From: Bdellovibrionales bacterium
Lineage (GTDB): Bacteria > Bdellovibrionota > Bdellovibrionia > Bdellovibrionales > UBA1609
Assembly: GCA_027317865.1 (NCBI GenBank)
Contig: DAHVQG010000013.1
Location: 1-64,000, forward strand
Length of the DNA: 64,000 nt
Direction of reading: 5' to 3'
Every line of letters starts with the position of its first letter. Position 1 is the stretch's first letter. The notes below the pieces were generated by a model that was given only the letters and a program-made list of their open reading frames with translations, was not told the DNA's origin and searched no databases. Shown here piece by piece: positions 1 to 9,161 of this stretch. Made by a program: the position numbers and the translations under genes.

Positions 1-105
1 AAAAAATAGCGGCATAGCACCGATAAGCGGTCAAAGTCGCTGGAAAACAAACCGGTCACTTTACCTGGAGATTAACATATAAACTGATTCAATTTGAGAC
101 GATCA

Positions 106-921
106 TTAGTAGTCGTTTGAAAATGATTCACCACTTATAACTGAGGGGCAAGATGGTTCACCTCTAAGGGTGCTGAAGGGTAATAGAAGCTCGAGCCGCT
201 GCGTGTATCTCGATTTAAAAAGCCGAGTAGACGCTTTTTGAATTAGTGAAGGTTTCTCCGCAAGATAGGTGATGGGGAGTGCAAATGAAACGAGCGCCAT
301 ACCATTAGCCCAGAGGCTTAGAATTTTACATTTTATTTTAAACGAGCTTACTTTCGGCCTCCCCCCAAGAACGCGCAATTGAATATTTACATATTGTTTC
401 GTACGAAATCCGCCGAGTTTTCGAACTTCGTGAATCAGTTCGTCCGGGCTAAATAAAGTAGGTTTCTTTGCGCCATTACGAAGAACCGCAATGTTGCCAT
501 TGCTTAGTACTGCCGCAACGAGACCTCTTGATCCATCTTGCGTCAATACGGGTTGGCCCGCTGCGAATGAATAAGCAGGCATTAATTTAAGATCGCTCGG
601 CGGTAGTATGGCGCTATGAGCTTCAAGATGCCACTGGTATTGGTAGCCGGCCCTTTGTTGATTCGCCGTAAGAGTCGGACTAGCGGCAAGCCCAAAATAT
701 ACTTCAGCGAGACGGCCGTGTTTGGATATCCGTTCTACTTTGCCGATGCGACCATCGGGCAAGGTAACGAGATCACCAGATTTAAACTTATGTTCAGAAA
801 GTGGTTGAGATAGGCTGAAATTGCCTTTATCGCCGCCGTTACTTTTGCTCGCCGAGGCATGAGCGTACAACGGGTTAAACATCAAAGTAAAAACCACGAA
901 TGTCGAAATTGATATTTTCAT
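106..921 (-). CDS. Secreted hypothetical protein with ~3 SH3/KOW-like beta repeats
   Basis: N-terminal signal peptide (MKISISTFVVFTLMFNPLYAHA); repeated units FKSGDLV..DGRIGKV, FAAGQPV..DGSRGLV..SNG, GFRTKQYV..KILSLWANG; GGAG RBS upstream. Confidence 0.7.
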   Translation of the reverse strand: MKISISTFVVFTLMFNPLYAHASASKSNGGDKGNFSLSQPLSEHKFKSGDLVTLPDGRIGKVERISKHGRLAEVYFGLAASPTLTANQQRAGYQYQWHLEAHSAILPPSDLKLMPAYSFAAGQPVLTQDGSRGLVAAVLSNGNIAVLRNGAKKPTLFSPDELIHEVRKLGGFRTKQYVNIQLRVLGGRPKVSSFKIKCKILSLWANGMALVSFALPITYLAEKPSLIQKASTRLFKSRYTQRLELLLPFSTLRGEPSCPSVISGESFSNDY

Positions 922-1079
922 TATTATTTTAGCTCCTAGATGACTTCAAATTTCTGCGGCCGTTTGGTCTTCGTTCTCTTTACGCTTACAAAATAAATAT
1001 TTTGCTCAGTTAAAACCTCGGTAAACAGTTCGACATCCGGGGCTTGCAACAATCGGTAAAAGTCATATAATGGCAGTTA

Positions 1080-1820
1080 ATGGCATTTAGTTTTGGCGAA
1101 TTAAAATCTGGTAATCCAGCGCTTCGCAAAGCGTTTAGTCGGCCGCACGCCGCGTACGGCAGTGACGTGATGACGGTGTCTGGCACGGTCAATAAAACCG
1201 GAATTCTATTTCTGCTTTTAATTGCAGGAGGGTATCTCGGTTGGGGCCCAAGCGGCGCGCCGTTGATGTTTCTGTGTTTGATCGTCGGATTTATTTTAGC
1301 CCTTGTAATTAGCTTTAAGCAAAATCTCGCTCCCGCGCTTTCGCCGATCTATGCAATTGCTGAAGGTGTGGTTCTTGGCAGTATTTCGTCTATTGCCGAA
1401 CGTGCCTATCCGGGCATCGCCATGAACGCATTTCTTCTTACTCTCAGCACTATGGGGCTGATGCTTGCGCTCTATCATTTTAAAGTCATTCGTGCGACGC
1501 CGCTTTTTCAAAAAGTGGTTTTTTTCGCGACCGGCGCCATAATGATGACCTACCTTGTGGATATGGTGATGGGTATGTTTGGGCATTCTGTCCCGTATTT
1601 AAACAGTGCCTCGCCGATCGGCATCGCGATTTCAGTTGGTATTGTGATTGTCGCGGCCTTGAATCTGATTATGGATTTTGAAGTGATCCATCGCGGGGCT
1701 CAGATGGGCGCGCCAAAATATATGGAATGGTACGGTGGGTTTGCGTTAATCGTCACTCTAGTCTGGCTCTATCTTGAAATCTTAAATTTGCTCTCAAAGC
1801 TGTCATCACAGCAGCGGTAG
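1080..1820 (+). CDS. Bax inhibitor-1/YccA family membrane protein
   Basis: SGNPAL...MTVSGTVNKT N-terminus, multiple TM helices, C-terminal GAPKYMEWYGGFALIVTLVWLYLEIL signature. Confidence 0.92.
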   Translation: MAFSFGELKSGNPALRKAFSRPHAAYGSDVMTVSGTVNKTGILFLLLIAGGYLGWGPSGAPLMFLCLIVGFILALVISFKQNLAPALSPIYAIAEGVVLGSISSIAERAYPGIAMNAFLLTLSTMGLMLALYHFKVIRATPLFQKVVFFATGAIMMTYLVDMVMGMFGHSVPYLNSASPIGIAISVGIVIVAALNLIMDFEVIHRGAQMGAPKYMEWYGGFALIVTLVWLYLEILNLLSKLSSQQR

Positions 1821-1835
1821 TTATAAGGTTGTAGT

Positions 1836-2609
1836 CTATAACGGGAATACTTCGGTTGAATCTTTCATCAATTTAACCGGCAGCCCAGCCGGATCAGTGA
1901 TCGTGAGGGGCGACAGTTTCGAACTCATGAACGGCTTGGGTATTCGAAAAGTCAGCGTAAATCGGGCATATTTAAATATTTTGGGATTGGTGATACGGAC
2001 AACCGCCATCGACTGCCCCGCGAGCGTGACCGTTTCTATTTGATAATCTTCGCCGATCCAAAGATATTTTGGTTGTAATTGGGTCTCAGTCGAAGCGTCT
2101 TTAAGAGTGACGAGAAGGGGGTCGGCTGGTGTTGGGGCTAAATATTTGATATTTATTTCTGGTAAAATATAAGTCAGAAACAATTTGCCGGTTTGAGCTG
2201 TGGTCGAGTGATAGACGTACTTGGCATAGTTGTCGTCATTATTTAAATTCGTAGTTAATGGTTGCGCAAGAAACAGATCTTTGACGTAATATGGATCATC
2301 GGGGAGCACAATACGATCGTCACTCTTAACGGTTACATTTACGGCATCGCAGTTCGAGCGGCCCTCGCGATCGCTGAGTTCGCAAATTTGATTTATGCCG
2401 AGCAAGGGCCTGATATTTGCCCGAATGACCATTTTGTGGAGCGGTCCATTGGCGCCGTTATATTTCGACGTAGAAGATTGCATTTTAGGCGACGCCCCTG
2501 AATTCGCGAGAGTATTATGATGATGGGGTGAACACGCCGAAAGAATTGGAAGGGTCAACATCGTGAGTAGTTTTAACCACTTCTTATGTATTTTTAACGT
2601 AAACCGCAT
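1836..2609 (-). CDS. Hypothetical lipoprotein (paralogue of neighbour 2716-3702)
   Basis: Lipobox LSAC after hydrophobic stretch; start moved to ATG at 2609 (MRFTLK) because the track start overlaps the upstream gene. Confidence 0.7.
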   Translation of the reverse strand: MRFTLKIHKKWLKLLTMLTLPILSACSPHHHNTLANSGASPKMQSSTSKYNGANGPLHKMVIRANIRPLLGINQICELSDREGRSNCDAVNVTVKSDDRIVLPDDPYYVKDLFLAQPLTTNLNNDDNYAKYVYHSTTAQTGKLFLTYILPEINIKYLAPTPADPLLVTLKDASTETQLQPKYLWIGEDYQIETVTLAGQSMAVVRITNPKIFKYARFTLTFRIPKPFMSSKLSPLTITDPAGLPVKLMKDSTEVFPL

Positions 2610-2715
2610 GGTAGAAACTTTCTGACCGAAAAGGCCGTCACAGTTGCTACCATAAATTGGTTTAGCGGCTAACAATAACTGCTCGAAATTACGAAATTTT
2701 GATCTTTGACCGATT

Positions 2716-3702
2716 CTATTTTGCCGCTTTGGTAGTGCCACCGCTACTGTTCGAGCCGCCGCTTGAGCTCAGGATGAGTTTGGCTTCGCTCTCACTTGTC
2801 GGAATAGCTTTACCGGTTTGATCGTTGTTTGCGCTTTGTGTGTCACTGATCAGATTATTGGGGACCTGAACCTGGAGCGCATAGTTTGCGCTAACGTTGG
2901 CAAATAGACTCGGGTTAGTAATATGGATCGCCGTGAATAACTCGGTACCCTGTCCGCTAACGTTTACGGATAAACTCTCGAGTTGATAGTCTGATCCTGG
3001 TTGGAGCGTGAGCCGCCCGTTGGTTTGGGTTATAGATTTTGCCTGAACTGTGACGTTCATCAGGCCAGCTTGATTTTGATCGAGTTTGGACGGGTCGACA
3101 CCAGGTAAAATATAAGTCAAAATCAATTCACCTGTAGTCAGCGTTGGCGATTGAAACGTAAACGCCGAATTCGTTTTAGTGGCCGTGTCGCCAGCTGTAA
3201 ACGAAGACGGCACCAAAGCTTGGCCCCCTTCGGGGACTTGTAGCGTGTTAGATGGAAATTCAATCAGGCCATTGTTCACGGCCACTTTTGCCGATTGGCA
3301 TATTTGTTCGTTTTGAATTGCGGCGCCCGCCACTTTGCCTGCGTTGTTTGGCAATTGGTTAAACTGGCCAGGTACGAATTTCGCCAGACGGCAAGTTATG
3401 GGCTGAGTGCCAGTTGCCCCGCTTGTTGTTGTTATATTTGGTCCAGTTTTGTTTTTTGCCGATTGCGCCGCCCGTTGCTGCGCGGCCGATTGCGCCGCCT
3501 GTTGGCGCGCCTGCTGTGTACGCATGAGCGCGCGTGCTTGCGGTGAAAAGCGGTTCATGTCCGGTTTACTGTTTGGTGCACATGCCGAAAGCGAAAGGAG
3601 CGCTATGGTTATGACCAATTTTGTTTGCCAATGTGGGTGAGTTGATTGACAGCGTTGCGTTGAGCTAGAAAAAAAACGGTTTAACTTTATATAAGATCGC
3701 AT
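2716..3702 (-). CDS. Hypothetical lipoprotein with Q/A-rich linker
   Basis: GGAGGAG RBS before ATG 3702 (MRSYIK); lipobox LSAC; shares LTYILP, DYQ(L/I)E and ITNP motifs with the downstream gene. Confidence 0.72.
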   Translation of the reverse strand: MRSYIKLNRFFSSSTQRCQSTHPHWQTKLVITIALLSLSACAPNSKPDMNRFSPQARALMRTQQARQQAAQSAAQQRAAQSAKNKTGPNITTTSGATGTQPITCRLAKFVPGQFNQLPNNAGKVAGAAIQNEQICQSAKVAVNNGLIEFPSNTLQVPEGGQALVPSSFTAGDTATKTNSAFTFQSPTLTTGELILTYILPGVDPSKLDQNQAGLMNVTVQAKSITQTNGRLTLQPGSDYQLESLSVNVSGQGTELFTAIHITNPSLFANVSANYALQVQVPNNLISDTQSANNDQTGKAIPTSESEAKLILSSSGGSNSSGGTTKAAK

Positions 3703-3738
3703 TTCGACTCCTCCGCAAGTTAGTTCGTTGTTTTGGTT

Positions 3739-3754
3739 TGCAATTTTGAGCCCA
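3739..3754 (-). promoter_or_regulatory. Possible sigma54 (-24/-12) promoter
   Basis: TGGGCTCAAAATTGCA (GG-N10-GC, TTGCA) about 37 bp upstream of ATG 3702; the -24 element is imperfect. Confidence 0.35.
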
Positions 3755-3928
3755 TCCCTGACGGGTGCCAATCACATGAAGTTTGTAGTATTTTTGCTAA
3801 GTTACGTAACTGTATAAAAGTTTAACAATTTAATAAGGTGTCACGCATTGGCGCCTGCTGCCGTAAAACGGCAATCAAAATTTCATTATTTCAGGATCGA
3901 ATGGTTAAACAATGGCGACGTACGCGAT

Positions 3929-4954
3929 ATGGTCCGCCGCATGTTGAAGCAAAAAAATTTAAAAGAAATTACTGTTCTACTGTGTGCGGTCTTCTTTTCG
4001 TTGAGCTCCGCGCGCGTGTCGGCTCAAGTACCGACAGTTGAGCCTCAAGCGCCGACGGTTGCAGGGCAGCCAGTCACAATTGGTGAACCGGCAACAGCGC
4101 CGCAACCGCAGACCGCGACGCAAGCGACAATTGCCGAGCAAATGCCGCCGCTTGAGCCAAGCGAAAAATTTCCGAATCCGTCAAGTTGTGTGCGATTTCA
4201 AAACGAACTGCAGTTTCTAAAAAAATATTACGATCAAGGAGTAAAACAAGCTCAAAACTGGTTGAATGTCATGAACCAACACACTGAAGCGGGTAACCGC
4301 TGGGATGCGGTAGTGGGCAAATATATTAGTTATCCTTCGGTGCAAGTGGGCGGACTGTTGGGTGGAACCGCCCTGGTCATTGTCGGTGCAAGTGCCATTG
4401 TATCAACGCCCGTTCTGATTGTCGGCATTTTGGCTGCAGGCACCGCGACGTACTTTTTCTGGCACCACGCCGTTAACTATCACGACGAGCTCGAGCACGA
4501 TCGAGTTGTTGAACTCAATCGTATCGATTATCTTGATCTTGTAAAGGCCGACCAAGATTACGAACAGAATTTTATTTGGCCCGAACAAGTTGCACGTTTT
4601 CAGCGGTTAGTTCAATTGAATGGTCAAAGCATGGGGTTGCCCACCTATAAGGGTGGTTATCAACAATTTCCGATTCAAGACCTGGGCGGTGTGCTGACCC
4701 AAATATTTTCATACTTCAACGTCCACATTCAACTTTTGTACAAGGGGTACCAGCAGCTAGAAGATTTGCCGCAAGACACGAACTGGTACGTTCAGCTTAC
4801 AACTCAACGGCACGCCAATATGGTAAAAGCAAAAATGGCGCGCGCGTTGTACGATGCGTACGCGTTTCAAGCGCAGCTCGCGTTCGGAGCCGGCCAAGCT
4901 CTTGCGCAAGATTGCCACTTGGGCGCCGGCGTGCCTCTTACCACTCCCCCGTGA
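3929..4954 (+). CDS. Secreted helical hypothetical protein with central Gly-rich hydrophobic hairpin
   Basis: Signal peptide ending VSA, then P/T/Q-rich linker and hydrophobic segment GGLLGGTALVIVGASAIVSTPVLIVGILAAG; start uncertain (3929 or 3941). Confidence 0.65.
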   Translation: MVRRMLKQKNLKEITVLLCAVFFSLSSARVSAQVPTVEPQAPTVAGQPVTIGEPATAPQPQTATQATIAEQMPPLEPSEKFPNPSSCVRFQNELQFLKKYYDQGVKQAQNWLNVMNQHTEAGNRWDAVVGKYISYPSVQVGGLLGGTALVIVGASAIVSTPVLIVGILAAGTATYFFWHHAVNYHDELEHDRVVELNRIDYLDLVKADQDYEQNFIWPEQVARFQRLVQLNGQSMGLPTYKGGYQQFPIQDLGGVLTQIFSYFNVHIQLLYKGYQQLEDLPQDTNWYVQLTTQRHANMVKAKMARALYDAYAFQAQLAFGAGQALAQDCHLGAGVPLTTPP

Positions 4955-5025
4955 ATGGGTTTGCGCGCTCTTCGTGCTGGCACTCTTGTCACTCCACTGT
5001 GAGTGCGCCATAATGTGATGCACGT

Positions 5026-5247
5026 ATGGACAACATCCCCAAAGTTCTTATTTCAATCGGAATTGTATTTATATTAGTCGGATTATTTTGGATGTTCGGC
5101 GGGCGTTACCTGCGTTTCGGACATTTACCCGGTGACATCGCAATTGAGCGGCCAAATTTTAAATTTTATTTTCCGCTGGGTACGTCGATCGTTATCAGCA
5201 TTATTTTGAGTTTTATTTTGTGGTTGTTTCAAAGATCGGGGCGCTGA
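5026..5247 (+). CDS. DUF2905 family small membrane protein
   Basis: G(H/R)[21 protein letters not shown] signature with two TM segments. Confidence 0.9.
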   Translation: MDNIPKVLISIGIVFILVGLFWMFGGRYLRFGHLPGDIAIERPNFKFYFPLGTSIVISIILSFILWLFQRSGR

Positions 5248-5786
5248 TGGCAAAAACAGAAACTCTAAAAACAACGGATTGGCTCTTATCGGCGCATGAT
5301 TGTCCGGGGTTTCTACGTCACGAAGTGGTCGCGCACATTGAATCGGCGGCAACGATTCATCATACCGAACATCTTTTTGTTAAGATTCCCCGGCGATATG
5401 CCTTGGTGAACATCACAGAACATGTTGAAGCCGCGCTTGAACGATCGACAGTTAAAGACGGATTTTGTTTTGTTAGCGCCATGCACATCACTGCGGGAGT
5501 TTATATAAACGATGCGGAGTCCGGGCTGCTCCATGACATTTCGCAATGGCTCGAAAATTTGGCGCCCTACGGCCGCGATTATCGGCATCATCAAACAGGC
5601 GAAGATAACGGCGACGCGCATTTGAAATCATATCTTACCAATCACGCGCTCACCGCGCCTGTAACAAATGGGCGTCTAGATTTCGGGCCGTGGCAGCAAA
5701 TATTTTACGCTGAATTTGACGGTCAAAGAGAGAAACGAATTTTAGTTAAAATTATCGGTTTGGCTCATTTGTCCGCGGTCGAATAG
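5247..5786 (+). CDS. yjbQ: YjbQ/UPF0047 family (secondary thiamine-phosphate synthase)
   Basis: [26 protein letters not shown] and [13 protein letters not shown] motifs; ATG 5247 overlaps the upstream TGA. Confidence 0.92.
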   Translation: MAKTETLKTTDWLLSAHDCPGFLRHEVVAHIESAATIHHTEHLFVKIPRRYALVNITEHVEAALERSTVKDGFCFVSAMHITAGVYINDAESGLLHDISQWLENLAPYGRDYRHHQTGEDNGDAHLKSYLTNHALTAPVTNGRLDFGPWQQIFYAEFDGQREKRILVKIIGLAHLSAVE

Positions 5787-5953
5787 TGAAACGGCAAATA
5801 CAGCGGGCACCACTTAAGGGCGGCCGATGCCATGAGTACGGCTCCAAGAATAGCCCAGGCCCAGTGGGTTTCTGAAATTGCCGCTGCAATTACGATCACA
5901 TAGCCTAAACTCATTCGAATTGTACGATCGACGTCGCCGAGATTTGATTGCAT
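5765..5953 (-). CDS. DUF2892 (YgaP-like) membrane protein
   Basis: [10 protein letters not shown]...WCPLY signature; AGGAGG RBS. Confidence 0.88.
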   Translation of the reverse strand: MQSNLGDVDRTIRMSLGYVIVIAAAISETHWAWAILGAVLMASAALKWCPLYLPFHYSTADK

Positions 5954-6127
5954 AAGATGCCTCCTTTACAATGTGAACATCTGAATTTCTTATCTTCAAT
6001 TTGTGTGCCACAACTCGCGCGCTGGTGAGGTCGTTGTATTGAGTCTGCGAATAGGATTTCGGTAAGTGAGCTGCCATTTTGGCCGTATGTTGTGACAGTT
6101 TGAACTCTGTGCTATGACCTATCGCCG

Positions 6128-6649
6128 ATGGATATCAAATTTTGTATTGCAACCATGCAGAACTGTGACGCTTTAACAGCACTTGTGAATTCGGCTTATC
6201 GTGGTGAATCATCAAAGAAAGGCTGGACGACAGAGGCCGATTTGTTGGGTGGGCAACGCACTGATCCGGCGACATTGAGTGCTGAAATTAAGCAACCAAA
6301 CAAGAAAATATTATGCGCTTATGTGGCCGACCGTCTTGTTGGATGCGTTTCTCTCGAAATGAGACGCGATCAAACGTGTTATTTTGGTATGTTAACAGTT
6401 GATCCCAAAATGCAGGCCAACGGTTTGGGTCGCCGAATTCTCGATCAAGCTGAAAATGTTGCGCGGGGAAGTGGCGCGACGAAGATGACGATGTGTGTGA
6501 TCAATCAACGAAATGAGCTCATCTCGTGGTACGAACGTCGGGGATATAAGCGGACAGGTCTTACCGGAGCGTTTCCATACAATAACGCAAAATTTGGTTT
6601 GCCAAAGCGAAACGATTTATATTTTTCTTATTTCGAAAAAAATTTGTGA
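6128..6649 (+). CDS. GNAT family N-acetyltransferase
   Basis: LVNSAYRG..GWTTEADLLGGQR, FGMLTVDPKMQANGLGR and WYERRGY motifs. Confidence 0.92.
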   Translation: MDIKFCIATMQNCDALTALVNSAYRGESSKKGWTTEADLLGGQRTDPATLSAEIKQPNKKILCAYVADRLVGCVSLEMRRDQTCYFGMLTVDPKMQANGLGRRILDQAENVARGSGATKMTMCVINQRNELISWYERRGYKRTGLTGAFPYNNAKFGLPKRNDLYFSYFEKNL

Positions 6650-6764
6650 CGTCGATCATCTCGATTTGCCCTCCAATAATTTTTTGTTGAAAAGTGAATT
6701 TCGCTTGATTTTGTCGAACGAAAAAAGATATTGTAGAACAAATCTCAAAAGAGAGGAGGATATC

Positions 6765-6962
6765 ATGGTCATTACAAACATCAAAACAAGTCACAAATCG
6801 GCAAAAGTGGCTGTCGACGTGGTATCCGATCTTTTAAGTCAAATATAGCCAGTCGAAAATAAGATACAAAAGATTGCTGAAAGAGAAGCTGCGTGGATTC
6901 GCGTTTTGCGTCTATTCAGCGATAACGGCGCGTGGCGTGTGTGCCCATTTGCGCCGGTATAA
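6765..6962 (+). pseudogene. Small ORF interrupted by an in-frame TAG (pseudogene, 27-aa peptide, or readthrough)
   Basis: Strong AGGAGG RBS; ATG 6765; TAG 6846-6848; frame stays open for 37 more codons to TAA 6960-6962. Confidence 0.4.
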
Positions 6963-6994
6963 GTAAAAAATGTTTATATTTAGGGAGTTAAAAA

Positions 6995-7246
6995 ATGATA
7001 TCGCAAACGAAAAAACAAGAACTGCCAATTGTTGCGGTGAATTTGGCATTTACTAAAAAAATTGGGTGCAGGTTCGGGCACGGGTTAAAGGGTTTATTTC
7101 GAATTTGCTGTCGTATTGACGAGATTTTGACCTGCATGTTTTGCGCCCGAATTATGCGACAGATCGAGCCCGGCAAATTCGAAGAGATCGAATTGCCGAA
7201 TTCAAACCGGCCTGAAACGAGCCGCCATTGGCGGGGTTTGAATTGA
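6995..7246 (+). CDS. Small Cys/His-containing hypothetical protein
   Basis: AGGGAG RBS; CRFGH, CC and CMFC motifs. Confidence 0.45.
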   Translation: MISQTKKQELPIVAVNLAFTKKIGCRFGHGLKGLFRICCRIDEILTCMFCARIMRQIEPGKFEEIELPNSNRPETSRHWRGLN

Positions 7247-7531
7247 TAACGCCAAGAATAGGGGGCGCCGTTCGTCAAACGTTGAGGATTAGTCCTGTCG
7301 ATAGTGCTTACTTGCTGGTGTGGTGCTTGCCTGTTGGTCGCGCGGGTTTTGGGTTTCAAGATGTCTACTGAGATTTCTTCGTGATCAAGGCCCCGCATGA
7401 ATTACCTGGGCGGAGCGTAAAGCGGCAATGAGCGTAATTTGCCCTATGGTTTTAGTGCCGGCATGGGGGCTGTGGCATGATTTGGCTTGATTTTAGCTTG
7501 GGCCAAATTTAAATATTATTCTTCGTCTTAT

Positions 7532-7607
7532 TGGGGTATCGCCAAGTTGGTAAGGCATCAGATTTTGATTCTGACATTCGGAGGTTCGAGTCCTCCTACC
7601 CCATCCA
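7532..7607 (+). tRNA. trnQ: tRNA-Gln (anticodon TTG)
   Basis: Acceptor TGGGGTA/TACCCCA, anticodon arm TCAGA-TTTTGAT-TCTGA, T-arm GGAGG-TTCGAGT-CCTCC, encoded CCA. Confidence 0.97.
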
Positions 7608-7686
7608 CTCTTTACAACTCGCAAAAATCCGAACGACAAAATTAAGCCTAAAAAAGCTGAGTGATTTCGGTTCTTCGGTTATTGTC

Positions 7687-8499
7687 TCATTTTGCTGTAG
7701 ATGGCTTCGCGATGAGAGAATGGCAGCTTTTATTAGTTAAATTATACATTTCCCCGTCGCCGAGAGATCTCTGGCCGTTCAATTCTTCAATTATAACGTG
7801 ATTAGAGCCTATAATCTTTAGCGTTGATTCGTTTTTGATCACCACACCAGTACCCTCGTCAATCCCCACCCCGATAGTATCAGGGAATTTTCGAATCGCG
7901 TGTCGTAGTCTTGCGTTGCGCTGGCGCTCTGAAAAATGAGTATCGATAATTATATTAGGTAGCAATCCGAGGCCCCGGCTAAGCGGGAAAATTGAATTTC
8001 CAGTTAGCATGTGTTTGGACATCATCGCGGAGCCCGCACTTGTTCCAGCAATGGCGAAACCATCCTCATATTTTTTAACTAGCGCGTCTCTAAGCCGGGT
8101 ATTTCTCAAAACTCTTATGATTTGATTTTGATCTCCGCCGGAAAAGAAGATTCCGCCAGCCCCGCGCAAACGTTCTAAAAAAGTGTTGAGGTCATCTTTA
8201 TTTTGAGGGGGGCGCAACGACGAATTCACATTAAGCGCACCGGCGGCTAACAGATCGTGCGAGATCGACGCATAAGTATTTGCGGGATGATTTGATGCCC
8301 ACGTAATCACTAGAATCGGTGACATGGCACCACCAGAAGAACGAATAAATTTACGTAATAGCTCAGTTGGCCGCGGCCCACCGCCGATTAAGAAAAGTCG
8401 ACGGATAGGCTCCGGATGGGATTTTTGCCTAGCCAGAGCACGCGTCGAGCTTAAACACATAGCTAACAAAAAAATGCAAAAAAGAAATCGCTTTTTCAT
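7687..8499 (-). CDS. Secreted cyanophycinase-like peptidase (S51 family)
   Basis: LIGGG, FFSGGDQ, GTSAG (catalytic Ser), IDTHF..R.R..RL and GIDEGT motifs; signal peptide. Confidence 0.9.
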   Translation of the reverse strand: MKKRFLFCIFLLAMCLSSTRALARQKSHPEPIRRLFLIGGGPRPTELLRKFIRSSGGAMSPILVITWASNHPANTYASISHDLLAAGALNVNSSLRPPQNKDDLNTFLERLRGAGGIFFSGGDQNQIIRVLRNTRLRDALVKKYEDGFAIAGTSAGSAMMSKHMLTGNSIFPLSRGLGLLPNIIIDTHFSERQRNARLRHAIRKFPDTIGVGIDEGTGVVIKNESTLKIIGSNHVIIEELNGQRSLGDGEMYNLTNKSCHSLIAKPSTAK

Positions 8500-8668
8500 C
8501 CTTTATCCGCGTCCAAGAGCATTCAGTATATAACGACCGACGCGGCATTTCCAGTTGAACAACGGCAAATATCTGTGCACTACGGCGCTCAGGCCGTTCT
8601 TTGTATTTCAGTACATTTTAATATGGAGAAATGGTTTGGACAGGAAGCGCGATTTATACTGAAGGATC

Positions 8669-8699
8669 GGCGGCACCGGATTGTTACCGTAATGCCGCC
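8669..8699. terminator. Stem-loop just downstream of the 8710-9066 gene
   Basis: GGCGGCA...TGCCGCC inverted repeat 10 bp past the stop codon; U-tract weak. Confidence 0.35.
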
Positions 8700-8709
8700 A
8701 GATAATCGC

Positions 8710-9066
8710 TCAATTTTTTGGAGTGCAGGTATAGCTTGCGTTTACGCCATTGTTAAAGAACAGCGAAACATAGCCCGCGTTCTTTACCCAGGTGTTTTTA
8801 ATGGTGAGTGATGCCGAGTTGCCGTTGGTGGCGGCGTCCACAAAGGTTTCGCCATCCATTTGCGTTAATTCTCGCGTCGCGACTGTTTCGACGGCGCGGC
8901 CTTCTTTAATCAATTTCAATTCGGACGAATTGTTGGCTGCGTTCACGAAAACCTGCACGGCATCGCCGAAACCTGGAGAGCGCGGATACGGTGCACAACT
9001 GTAAGTTTGAACTGAAAGTGCAAAAACGGGCGTCGAAAACATGAATAGTAATACTGCGAGTTTCAA
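8710..9066 (-). CDS. Small secreted hypothetical protein
   Basis: TTG start with GGGGG RBS; signal peptide MKLAVLLFMFSTPVFA; paired Cys near the N- and C-termini. Confidence 0.7.
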   Translation of the reverse strand: MKLAVLLFMFSTPVFALSVQTYSCAPYPRSPGFGDAVQVFVNAANNSSELKLIKEGRAVETVATRELTQMDGETFVDAATNGNSASLTIKNTWVKNAGYVSLFFNNGVNASYTCTPKN

Positions 9067-9161
9067 AATATACCCCCTAGTTAAAAATTAGCCGCGACAT
9101 TATGTTAACCGCCTGTAGCAGTCAACCCCATTTCTGTGCTTTTTTGAGGTCAGTTTAGAAC

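Noticed and set aside
1-82. 3' end of an upstream + strand gene (KNSGIAPISGQSRWKTNRSLYLEINI*)
   Set aside because: Too short to assign strand or identity
6846-6848. Genome-wide amber recoding or a suppressor tRNA
   Set aside because: TAG ends conserved genes normally (e.g. the YccA-like gene, yjbQ, rmuC), and the nearby tRNA anticodon is TTG, not CTA
6988-7398. 136-aa minus-strand ORF
   Set aside because: No RBS or motifs, and it overlaps the RBS-supported plus-strand ORF 6995-7246
7604-7604. U73 discriminator in tRNA-Gln
   Set aside because: The discriminator varies among bacterial tRNA-Gln, and the U1-A72 pair and cloverleaf are normal
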